A stretch of 57,423 nt of DNA, taken from Priapulus caudatus (taxonomy: Eukaryota). The translations under genes were made by a program, and so were the position numbers. The notes below the pieces were generated by a model that worked only from the letters and a program-made list of their open reading frames with translations, did no database searches and was not told the DNA's origin. The stretch covers positions 677,777 to 735,199 of the forward strand of contig NW_014577082.1 in the NCBI RefSeq assembly GCF_000485595.1. The letters are read 5' to 3'. Shown piece after piece: positions 24,201-36,719 of this stretch; the stretch's first letter is position 1; the number at the start of each line of letters is the position of its first letter.

Positions 24201-27200
24201 AGACTGGATACTACTGACAATATTGACTGGGCAATACAGTCACCTACCATTGGCTGAACAAAACATACAATATGGACTGAATACTAGTGACAACATAGAC
24301 TGCAGATTCGTAACAATATGGAAACTGTATATATAGACTGAAGAATACTGCCAAATAGACTGAGCACAATAGGCGCGTTTTCACACTGGGGCCGGCCGCG
24401 AATAAGCTGGGATGCATCCCGGTTTTCTGCATTCGAGCGATCGCAAATACGCAGATTATTACAAGATCGTGAACGCAAATAATACTCATAATAATCCGCG
24501 TAGCTCGCGCCTCAAATCGCACTTTTGATGCGATCTATTTGGAATTAGCTGCGTATTATGGTGTGTGAACGCCTCGCGCAAAATAATCCCGGTATTTTCT
24601 ATCCATCACTTCCAGCGAGTGAAGCAGTGGCACTGCGCAGTGAGCTCATTCCGGCAGTGAGCTGGCGCAGTTCTGATTAATAGATATATCCCGCGCGGCA
24701 GATTAGCGCGTTATTCGCCTGTGTTGAAACCAACGACACAATTATCCTCCGCGTATTTCCATCGCGATTAGCATCGCGGTTTTTCTTGTGTGTGAACGCA
24801 CCTATTGAAACATTTACTGGGCGTTACTGCCAAAAATTACAGAACAATATTGTGACAACACTCACTCAACAAAACTTCCTACAAAATTAATGCAGAACAA
24901 TGCTGACAACATTAGCTGAACAATACATAATACATTCACTAAACAATACGGATAATGCATAGAAGAAAATTTCACGAATTTTTTGGTGTTGAGTTTTTAG
25001 AATTAAAAGTAAATACATCTAAAACTAGGAATATTTCTAAAGTCTTGTGCTATACGTTTGTAAGGTGGTTTCAAATATAAAGGTATTTGGCTTTTTATCA
25101 AGACAAAAAGGCCGTTTATCGTGAATGTTGATAGTATAATCGTGCTGGATAGTTGAGCGTTTCGATGTGAAAATATCTCTGATAGAACAGCAAAAAATAG
25201 CGAGCAGAATACAGTAATATTATATACAGTATATAAATGATAACAAAGAACCCCAAAAGGGTGTTTATTTCGCAAATGAAAGCTAGTTCATTCGGCAGGC
25301 TCTAATGAACGTGCCCTTCCAGTATAGTGGGGAGTAGGGGAGGCACCGGCGGGCAATGCAAGGGCAAGCCGACATATGGCCTGTGATGTATTTATGTTTA
25401 CTGCTGAGCTAGCTATGCAGGCATGTGTTTGGTACAGTGGGCAGTCGTGCAACTATCACTCGGGCTTTAGATTTCATGCAGAAATAGATCCGGGCTATGT
25501 GTTTTCCTGCTAGCGTTCTGCAGGCATGCAGTACTCTTGCGTGGCGCACGCAGCGAGTACATTCTCTTTAGTCTCCCCATTACACGTGGGGACTTGTAAA
25601 GGGCTTCATGTTTACTACATTTATAAGGAGACGGAAAAAATTGGGCACAGTGGTGACATTATTGGGTACAGCCCAGTGCCTACGTATCGTGACCTTTGTC
25701 AGAAAGTTGAGCCCATCAACGTAGTCGAAATTTACACCTTTACCTTTCCCTAATTTCCCACATTTTCCCTAATAGTTTTGTAGTAATCGTGTCCGTTTTT
25801 TAGTCTTCATTTTTTATTTCTAGAAATTAAGTTATTGGCATTGTTGTTTTTAATTGCTCACAATATCGTAGGGGAAAAAAGCATGTAGATCTTATTAGAT
25901 TAAGGATATAGGAATATATTTTTACAATGCCGGTGTAAGCCTTAAATTGGAACATGGCGGTCTAAACTAATTAACTACCATTAACGAGCATGTTTCTTTT
26001 ATTTTTCTGAGCATGATCTAGTTGACGTGTCGTGAAGGAATGACATATTTCTGCGCTGAGTAGTCCTTTGGTATTTGGATTGGCTGAAGTATAATGATCC
26101 ATGATATAAATGATGCTTAGGTCTAATTTAGTCTTGGCCTTTTGACACTAAACAGACAGGATAAACATTTATTTCTTTACTTTCGATAGTTACTGTAGCT
26201 ACATGTGTCTGGGATGCATTCTAGGCTAATGTAAGGGACGCTCTCCTCCATGTTTATTCGCTTGCTATTGTCATAAGATGGCACAACGTAATATTGAGGC
26301 GACGATGAGCCTAATTGAAACATCCTATGACTTAACTGAATCATTTAACACCCTCCGGTGTTTACACTTGTAATAATGAGTATTTGTCATTTATGCATAT
26401 AAACTGCGATAAAATTGTGCAAATATCCGTCGGTAATGTGGTTGCCAATTTTTTTGTCATAGAGGGTGCTAGTTTAGTATTGGTAATAGTAACTGAGGCC
26501 GAAGGAGTCGTTGCCGTATCAGGTACTACAGATATGTACCCGAGGTACGTATATGTATACACAAGTGTACCAGACCTGTATCTTCTCAGCATATTATGTA
26601 CCCTGTGTTTACATAAACGTACCTGCCCCTGAGATGGATATCGAATGAAGACGGTCATGGAGGAGGAGTAGGGGGCAGAAGGAGGAGGAGGAGGAGGGGA
26701 GAAGGTGATGGAGTAGGTGGAGGAGGAGGAGGAGGGNNNNNNNNNNAGACAGTATGTTGCAGGGGTCAGACAGTATGTTGCAGGGGTCAGACAGTATGTT
26801 GCAGGGGTCAGACAGTATGTTGCAAGGGTCAGACAGTATATTGCGAGAGGTCAGACAGAATGTTGCAGGGGTCAGACAGTATGTTGCGAGGGAGGGTCTG
26901 TGTTGTCAGCCATCCTTGATATCCTTATCTGCCTTATTCGCGAATAAAGATCATTTCACCCTTTCAGCATTAATGTATTCTTATACAGAACTCGGGAAAT
27001 AGATACTAAAAAGCGAAATAATATTATAAGGGAAATAATATCCCTACTCTATCCTGCCTTGAAAAGCGTTTATGAAGTTAAACAGTGTAAAATCTCTGCG
27101 CTGTAATCTCACGCCAAGAGCATTCAACTCCTGAACACAGCTGCGAATCTCTCACAGCTGTTCGAATCCTCAGTCCACTCGCTTTAGCCTCGGCGACTAG

Positions 27201-27378
27201 CATTGCGCCACTTCTCTGCGGGCGTGTGTGACAGCTATCTCTCTGCAACTTTGCAGGCTTGCGGGTGCCCGCTGTACTGGAAGGTGCCGCTCTACTTGGC
27301 CGCGGGAGGCGAGAAGCATGGACACGTCACGGTGCAGACCTTCACGGCCTTCTGGAAGAAGTGAGTCACCTACCACCA

Positions 27379-27435
<57 letters not shown>

Positions 27436-30400
27436 GTGCGTCGTGCTACTGATCAAGCCGTGACGACACGTTGCCTGTCTGTATCATGCTGCTGGAACAG
27501 CTGCATCATGCTCTTGCATGTCTCTATGGTGTTACTGAAATTCCGGTGCCATGATACTGTTCTTTTACACAAGCAGCATTTGGCGTTGTGCTACTGGGGT
27601 TCTTATTCTGTTCTTTTAGTTGTCAGTATCATGCTACAGATAGTGTCATGTTATTCGGTGTCGTTATCATATATTTCAACACATTTGTTGTCAATATTCT
27701 CATTTTCGCTGTTTTTTTCATGTTATCGGATTCCTGCATCAATGCCATTTTTTGTCTAAATTTGATATTTCTGTATTGCGATTTTAGACTTATCTCTTCC
27801 TGTCATGATGATGCAAGCAAGTTTGTACTGTTGTTAGCGAAAACTGGATCTAGCTGTTTAGTGCCAGAGGACTTTTTCCCTCTCATACAGGTAAGCATTA
27901 TCATCATATCAGCATCACTGCTGCCACTCTGGCACCTCAGAAAATAAATTGGTCATAAATAAAGTCGTATTTTACTAGTCGACGTCATTATAAATGTTTA
28001 TCTTCTCTCTCTGTCACCTAATAAATTATCTTAAATTACATTCAAGTGTAGTTGTGTGGTGTGCATGCCGTCGTGTGTTGCATAGCAGTATTTTCACAAC
28101 TTCATTCTCACCCCTCTTCCCCCGTCCTCCCTACGTTCCCCTCTTCCCCCGTCCTCCCTACGTTCCCCTCTTCCCCCGTCCTCCCTACGTCCCCCTCTTC
28201 CCCCGTCCTCCCTACGTCTCCCTCTTCCCCCGTCCTCTCTACGTTCCCCTCTTCCCCGTCCTCCCTACGTCTCCCTCTTCCCCCGTCCTCCCTACGTTCC
28301 CCTCTTCCCCGTCCTCCCTACGTCTCCCTCTTCCCCCGTCCTCCCTACGTCCCCCTCTTCCTTCTCTCTGCCATCCCCCATTCCTACTCAATTTTCTCTA
28401 TTTTTCCCATTTACTCTATCTCTTTTTGCATCTCTCTCTCTCTCTTCCTCACTCCCTCCTTCTGTCTTTCTCTTCTCCTTCCCTGCCTCTGTTCTTCCCT
28501 CTCTTTCTTTCTCTCTGTGTGGTCATGCCGCTTTGCTTGAGTACATTGCTTGATTCACACACGCGATATCGACGTAATTAGTGCAGTAGTAACAGGCCAC
28601 AGTGTGTGTGTTCGTGTGTTCGTGCGTGCGTACATGCGTGTGTTCGTGCGTGCCTATGTGGGTGTCTGGACAGCCCGTGTATGTGTGGGTGTGACCGTAT
28701 GTGCGCGTGTGCGTGTGTGCACAGACCCTCCGTGTTGTGTACGTGTGTCAGCTCAGCCTGTGGAAGTGAATCACTGCTGCACTGCTGCAGAGTCAGGTGG
28801 AGGAGTGGGACTAGTAATCGACTCCACCCCCTGGGAATATACCAGAATACGGGCTTAGAGTGTGAGTTTCTCTGTGACCTGCGATACAGGGCTGAGTAAG
28901 AGGGAGTGAAAGTTCTAGCATAGATGACTAAGAGTGAAAAGTGGGTGAGGCGGGCACGGGAAAGAGGGCAGGGAGCGAACGTTTTAGCGTAGACGCGTTT
29001 CAGGTGATGTAGAGTGCGCGGGATATGGGGTAGGGTAAATATAGTGCTAAAGAAGAAGATTGTGGCATGACAGATGAGAGCTGAGATAAGCAATTAGGGG
29101 CGGCACCTTCTCCTCCTGTTGATCGGTTTGTTGTAAGCAGTCTGTGAGCAAGCTGGCGAGCATGTGAATCGCGCGCAAAAATAGTAACAACTGAAGCTCT
29201 TCGCCTCGGCCGCACAGCTTCCCGCCGGTGGCTAACGACGCCGTGTTTGCTGCTTCCAGGATGTTGTCGACACGCATCCTGGCTTGTCGTTTCTTAGCGA
29301 AGCCAAAGAATTCCACAGTAGATATGTACATACGGTAAGCATGCTTCGGTTTAGCTCGTTGGTTTGTTGCCATGGCGTGTTGAGCAACGGCGATGCTTCA
29401 GAGCGTCGATTAATTTTGCATTAACTTAAAAGCAGGCCGACATTTTGAAATGTAAGTAATAAACGTTCGGATATTTTACTTGGTTGGATTACCCTGCTTT
29501 GTACAGGCGCTTAGTTTAAAAATTGATGCGTTTTGTCATTTAAGTGATTGCTAGTTGTGATATTTTGTGTGTACATGGGTTTTGAAATGAGATTTTCTTG
29601 TGCAGTTGCAACTTATTTATAACTTGCTGCATTATTTAGTGCCCATATCCAAGCGACACCTCATTGCATTTTATGGCGTAAAGTGTTCCGCGGGGTACCG
29701 TAGGTCTACGTTTTCACTTTTCTTCTCTCTGTCTTTAGCTTTTTAGAGTCCGTATTTGTAGCATCTCGGTTGGGCCGCATTCACCTGTGATTTTGCGCAT
29801 TGCAGGTGATAGCTAGGATCTACTACTGCGTGAATCGGTCATGGACGGGCCGTATCTCCGTGCCAGAACTGCGAAAAAGCAACTTTCTACAGGTAGGGTG
29901 CGCCACCGACAGTCGTCGCAGATAAGGGATCAGTGAGTCCACACGAGCGCGCTCCTTATATTATTAATAGTATGAATAGTAATTATAGTAATATTATTCA
30001 TAGTAGTTAATATTAATAATAATAAATATTAATATTGTACGATCGCATCGCAGTGCACGTCGATGCTTTGTAGCAATAGCGTGCGAGCGCAAATGCGATT
30101 TGCCACCGGCGTCGTTCGTTTGTGAAATATCGCTTTACGGTCGACCTTGAAGTGCACTGGAATTTTCCTCTCATCCTATTCACACTGTCTGCGGCTTCCG
30201 GTAGTGTTGGGGGTGAGGGATTGATAGATAGCGGTACAGTAGGTGGTGGGAGGTGGTGTTGGGGGGTAGATAGTGGTACAGTAGGCGGTAGGAGGTGGTG
30301 TTGGGGGGTAGATAGTGGTACAGTAGGTGGTAGGAGGTGGTGTTGGGGGTAGATAGTGGTAATAGTAGGTGGTAGGAGGTGTGTTGGGGGTGAGATAGCG

Positions 30401-33400
30401 CTACAGTAGGTGGTGGAGTGGTGTTGGGGTAGATAGCGGTTGTAAGAGTAGGTGCGTAGGAGTGGATGCTGGGCGGGGAGGTAGAGTAGCTACACAGTAG
30501 GTGGTAGGAGGGATCTTGGGGGGTAGATAGTGGTACAGTAGGTGGTAGGAGGAGGTGTTGGGGGGTAGATAGTGGTACAGTAGGTGGTAGGAGGNNNNNN
30601 NNNNNNNNNNNNNNNNNNNNNNNNNNNNNNNNNNNNNNNNNNNNNNNNNNNNNNNNNNNNNNNNNNNNNNNNNNNNNNNNNNNNNNNNNNNNNNNNNNNN
30701 NNNNNNNNNNNNNNNNNNNNNNNNNNNNNNNNNNNNNNNNNNNNNNNNNNNNNNNNNNNNNNNNNNNNNNNNNNNNNNNNNNNNNNNNNNNNNNNNNNNN
30801 NNNNNNNNNNNNNNNNNNNNNNNNNNNNNNNNNNNNNNNNNNNNNNNNNNNNNNNNNNNNNNNNNNNNNNNNNNNNNNNNNNNNNNNNNNNNNNNNNNNN
30901 NNNNNNNNNNNNNNNNNNNNNNNNNNNNNNNNNNNNNNNNNNNNNNNNNNNNNNNNNNNNNNNNNNNNNNNNNNNNNNNNNNNNNNNNNNNNNNNNNNNN
31001 NNNNNNNNNNNNNNNNNNNNNNNNNNNNNNNNNNNNNNNNNNNNNNNNNNNNNNNNNNNNNNNNNNNNNNNNNNNNNNNNNNNNNNNNNNNNNNNNNNNN
31101 NNNNNNNNNNNNNNNNNNNNNNNNNNNNNNNNNNNNNNNNNNNNNNCCTTGTATGAATAGTGGCGAATTTAGTAATATTTAATCATGGTAGTTAATGATT
31201 AATAATAATTAAATATTAATATTGTACGATCGCATCGAGTGCAACGTCGAATGCGTTTTGTAGCGAATTAGCGCTGCGCGCGAGCGCAAATGACCGATTT
31301 GCCACCGAGCGTCATTTCGTTTTGTGAAATATCGCTTTACGGTCGACTTTGGAGTGCACCTGGAATTTCTCTCCATCCTAATCATACACTGGTACTGCCG
31401 GCTCTCCGTGCTGTATGGGGAGTGAGATGTTTAGATATTGTACGGTAGGCGCGGTGAGGAGATTGGTTGGGGGGGTTAGATAGTGGTACAGTAGGTGGTA
31501 AGAGGTGGTGTTGGAGGGGTAGATTAGTGGCTTACAGTAGGCGGGTAGGAGTGTGTGTTGGGGGGCTAGATAGTGGTACAGTAGGTGTAGGAGGTTGGTG
31601 TTGGAGGGTATGTGGTAAGTAAGGTGGTAGGGGTGGGTGTTTGGGGGGGTAGATAGCAGTACAGTAGTGGTAGGAGGTGTGTTTGGGGGTAGAATGAGCT
31701 GGTACAGGATAGGCGAGATAGAAGAGGTAGGTGTTGGAGGCGTAGATAGCGGCTACAGGTAGGTGGTAGCGAGGTGGTGTTGGGGGGTAGATAGTGTTAC
31801 AGTTTAGGCGGCTAGGAGTGGTGTTTGGAGGTTAGATAGTGGTACAGTAGGTGGTAGGAGGTGGTGTTGGGGGGTAGATAGTGGTACAGTAGGCGGTAGG
31901 AGGTGGTGTTGGGGTAGATAAGTGGCTACAGTTATTTTTTTTTTTTTTTTTTATTTTTTTTTTGGTTGGGGGAGCGTGGTGTTGGGGCGTAGATGTTGGT
32001 ACCCGTAGGTGGGGTAGCGAGGTGGTGATTGGGCGGGTAGCTAGTGGTACGTTAGGCGGGTAGGAGGTGGTGTTGGGGGATAGATAGTGGCATACAAGTA
32101 GGTCGGTGGGAGGTGCGTGTTGGGGGGATAGATAGTGGCTAAGTAGTGGGTAGGAGTGGTGTTGGGGGGTGTGATAGTGGTACAGGTAGGTAGGTGGGGG
32201 TGGTGTTGGGGGGTAGTGATATATTAGTGGACTACGTAGGCCGGTAGGAGGTGGTGTTGGGGGTAGATAGTGGTACAGTAGGTGGTACGGAGGTGGTGTG
32301 TTGGGGGGCGATAGCCTGAGCGACAGTAGGTGGTGAAGGAGGTGGTGATTGGGGGGTGGATAGTGGTACAGTAGGTGGTGGGAGGTGGTGTTGGGCGGTA
32401 TGATGTGAGCTAAGTAGGCGGGTAGGAGGGGGTGTTGGGGGGCGTAGATTAGTGGTACAGTAGGCTGCGTAGGAGAGTGTTGTTGGGCGGGTACGATAGT
32501 GGTACAGTGGCGCGTAGGCAGGTGCGTGTTGGGGGGGGGTAGATAGTGGGCTACAGCTAGGTGGTAGGAGTGTGTTGGGGGGTGGATAGTGTACGTAGGT
32601 GGTGGGAGGTGGTGGTTGGGGGTAGATATAGTGGTACAGTTAAGGCGGTAGGAGAGTGTGTTGGGGCCGGGTAGATGATGGGACAGTTAGGTTGGTAGGA
32701 GCGTGGTGTTGGAGGGGGTAGATATTAGTTGGCTGCAGTAGGCGGTAGGATGGTGGTGTTGGGCGGGGTAGATTGTGGTACAGTAGGTGGTTAGGAGGTG
32801 GGGATTGGGGGGATAGTGGTACAGTAGGTGGTGACGAGGTGGTGTGGGGGCGTGATAGTGGTACGTAGGTGGTAGAGGTGGTGTGGCGCGGGACGGTAGG
32901 ATAGTGGTACAGTAAGGCGCGTGGAGTGGTGTTGGGGGGTGATAGTGGTACGTAGGGGTAGGGGAGTGGTGTTGAGGGGGTAGCATAGTTGGGCTACAGT
33001 AGCGCGGTAGGCGAGGTGGTGTTGGGGGGTAGATAGTGTGTACAGTCAGGCGGTTAGGCAGTGTGTTGGGTGGGTAGATAGTGGTACAGTAGGCGCGTAA
33101 GAGAGGTGCGTGTTGTGGGGGCGTGGGGGTAGATAGCACGTACATGTAGCGGTTAGTGAGAGTGGTGTTGGGGGGGTAGATAGCGTACGTAGGGTGGTGC
33201 GAGAAGGTGTGTTGTTGGGGGCGTAATAGTCGGTACAGTAGGTGGTGGGAGGTGGTGTTTTGGGGGATGGGTAGATAGCAGTACAGTAGGCTGTGGAAGG
33301 TAGTGTTGGTTGGGTGGGAAAAAGAGACAATTTTGGGGGGAAGGAATAGGAAATGATCAATTAAATAATAGTGACGAAACGATAGGCTATACAATTAGTC

Positions 33401-36400
33401 AATTGATTATGGAGACGTTGGTAAACAGTTTCTAGTACAAGTTTCAGGACACAATGAACTGGATAAGAGTATTATTCATTCAGTAAGGGATCAGAAGTAC
33501 ATCCTGTATAGGTCCATTCGAAAGCGCTCACAGCGTCGCTGGAGCATTTCGGGCAGAGAATTCGGACCAGAGGTCGTGCGTCAATGATGAAGCCTAGCCT
33601 CCCTCTCTGAGTCCTCTCGTAAAACGTTTACCAGACTCCCGGCCACGAAAAACCAGTTGCTATTTATACGCGCGAGAGGGGCTGCTCGCGTCTGCACAGG
33701 TTCTTGGCGAAGTGACGTCAATTACCCGGACTGTACAAACAAACGCAGCGGACCCAAAACAGTTTAATTGCTTACTTTGGTTTAAAGTGCGCCGTCGTAA
33801 ACTTTGAGAGCTGTTTGTTCACCGGTGTGGTGGGTTATGAAGCAGGATGGCCCTTTCGTTCTTCGTCCTGCAGACGTGTCTACCCACCCCCATGCATCAA
33901 ATAACGCGAGATACCCTTGATCGATTCCCTCCTGTCTGCGTCAAATGTTAAAGAGTCTCCTACCCTTCCCCCTTGAGGTGTTTGTTAAAGGAATCCATGA
34001 CTAGAATACCATCTTCTGTATAAGTGAAAGAATCCTCTTCTAGCTTCTTACCGTCTGTGTCATGACTTGCTAGCTACTTCACTGCCCACTGTGCATGGTG
34101 TCATTGGCGCTGTTTGGTTTGATGGAGGTCAAACACTGTCTGCTATGGACCCATTCTCAGATATTAGGTTCAAGGGCATTGGAAAAATGAGATTTTTCCA
34201 GTCGCTTGTACAGTACCAAAACCTACACAAGCACGAAAGAAACAACAGCGACACTGTGTGAATGTTAACATTTCCCAGCCACGTAAAATTGGCCTACATT
34301 CAATAATCCCAGGTCAGATAAATTGACATCCCCCATGTACCCAACGTTCGTACAGGTCCTGGAAAACCTAGAAGGTTTTGGAATTTAAAATGCTGTTTTG
34401 CCGATAAGGAAAGTTCTGGAAAGAAAACAAGTGGAATAAAACATGTGATGACATGGTCTCAGAATCTCTGTTTCTTAAAATTGAGAATTGAAGATTTAGC
34501 GCATTTATATCTTCTGACAGACAATATAATTTGCTTTGTGTGAGAGTTTGGTAATCGTTTGGTTTGTTCAATATTGAATGGACAATACAAGACACGAAGA
34601 TTGTATTGAGCTAAAATCTCACGTTTACGGAGAAACTAGAGAATACAACACAAGTAGTTATGACCATCAAATCTAAACGCCATAACTTTTGCACACTATT
34701 TACTACAAAATTTATGACGTTTATTTTTAGACTTATGATAGTCATAACTATTTACAATGTTTCTGTCAACGGCCTCGGGTCTTTTAAGTCGTGTAAAACT
34801 CTTTGAAGAATGTTTTTGCCGTGGGCGCACAAACCATGACTTGTAAGACTGCGAGACCGTGCATTTCACATGACCACTGAATTCGCTAACCAATTCTACT
34901 AGCAGAAGCCTTTATACTAAGCTAATCTAAACCTGCTCTATCTACTTGCACGACTGCGCATCTGTTGGCAGGTGCTAGCCTTGCTCGAGGAAGAGAACGA
35001 CATCAATCAGATAACGGACTACTTCTCCTACGAGCACTTCTATGTGGTCTACTGCAAGTTCTGGGAGCTGGACAAGGACCACGATCTCTTCATCAGCAAG
35101 TACGACCTGCGCAGGCACAACGACCATGGTGAGAGCGGCGTGTTCCCCGTCCAACGTCACATTCCCTCCTTAATTCATCCCCCGCGGGGGCTATTTATGT
35201 GGGATCGAGTAGGGGTGTGTTTGTTTGGGCGGATCTTATGATCTGGATCATGCTACGAGTTTCAGAAATTGGGCCGTTTGTTTGGTCGGATCCACTGAAT
35301 TCAATCCACCTGATCTGACCTTGTGGTTTCAAAAAGATTCAATATGGCAGCATGCAACTCATCAGTGTGTCAACAGTCAATCAGTGCTTGTTGTTAGTTA
35401 AGTTGTAAGTTAGTAAGTTAGTTGTTGTTAGTTGTGAAGACGATGTGTCACGGCGACACTTGATATATTGGAAGTTAGTTTGCATTTGGGCAGATCAGGA
35501 ACACTTCATCAGACAGATTCGTCCCAAACAAACAGGCTCGTGGTTAACACTTCATTCTGGTCGCCTCCAATCCTTCTGGAGCACGCGATTGCTAGCCGTT
35601 TCCGGATATGCTTGCCATCAGATTGTTCGGTTTATGGCCATACCGGCTTCCAATCCTTCTCTGTGCAGCAGCTAGATCCAAGCCATCCCCGTTTTATCTA
35701 CTCACCCTCTGTTTTGGTAGAGATTGTGGTTCATGCCCACACTGCACTATGCTGCCGCCCCAGCTGCATAAATCTCACGTCATGCCACCTTCACAGTAGT
35801 AGAGGGCAAATCCAGAAAGCAAACTACCCACCAGCCTCATGTATGAATGTTGCTGCCGGGTGTTACTCGTGGCACTGAAGTTTAACTGGCTAGTAAACAT
35901 CCTCCCTTCTTTGCAGCTCTGTCTGCGCGGATAGTTGATCGAATATTCTCAGGAGCTGTCACCAGGGGGCAGGCACAGCAGGAGGGCAGGATGAGCTACT
36001 CGGAATTTGTTTGGTTTTTGATCTCAGAGGAAGACAAGCGCAATGCAAGAAGGTCAGTAGCTCGCTGATAGTTAGCACGACTTTTTGTTGTCCTCGCGTT
36101 CTTAATATTCCCGGTTTTACGTAACCACCATGAATTTCACAAGGTATTTGTTAACTGGTATGCTTGTTTATGCTCGCGATTTAAACCTATGAATTGAAAA
36201 ATAACATCATTTGCAAACCTCATATTAGTAGATAAGCAATTGTGCCAGTTAAACATATACATGCGTGTTAGCCAAGGTCGCGCTGCGCGTCACTGCCGCA
36301 CAGCATCGTTGTTGACTTTGCTATGCTCATGTTGTTGTTGTTGATGTTGTTTGTGCCACGTAGCATCATTATTGACTGTGTTATTGTTGTTGTTGGCACT

Positions 36401-36620
36401 GTGCAGTATCATTGTTGACTGTGTTGTTGATGTTGTTTGTGCCACGTAGCATCATTATTGACTGTGTTATTGTTGTTGTTGGCACCGTGCAGTATCATTG
36501 TTGACTGTGTTGTTGTTGTTGTTGTTGTTATTGTTGTTGTTGTTATTGCTGTTGTTATTGTTGTTGTTGTTGTTGTTGTTATTATTATTGACTATTGTTG
36601 CTGTTGTTGTTGTTTTTGAC

Positions 36621-36654
<34 letters not shown>

Positions 36655-36685
36655 GACTGTTGTTGTTGTTGTTGTTGTTTTTGAC

Positions 36686-36719
<34 letters not shown>

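Noticed and set aside
30584..31156. 190-aa ORF of X residues
   Set aside because: Assembly gap.
32687..33394. 235-aa Pro/Thr/His-rich ORF
   Set aside because: Translation of the noisy G-rich satellite.
33590..34900. Possible decayed transposon coding fragment (minus-strand [11 protein letters not shown]-like)
   Set aside because: Too short and broken by stops to support without a search.
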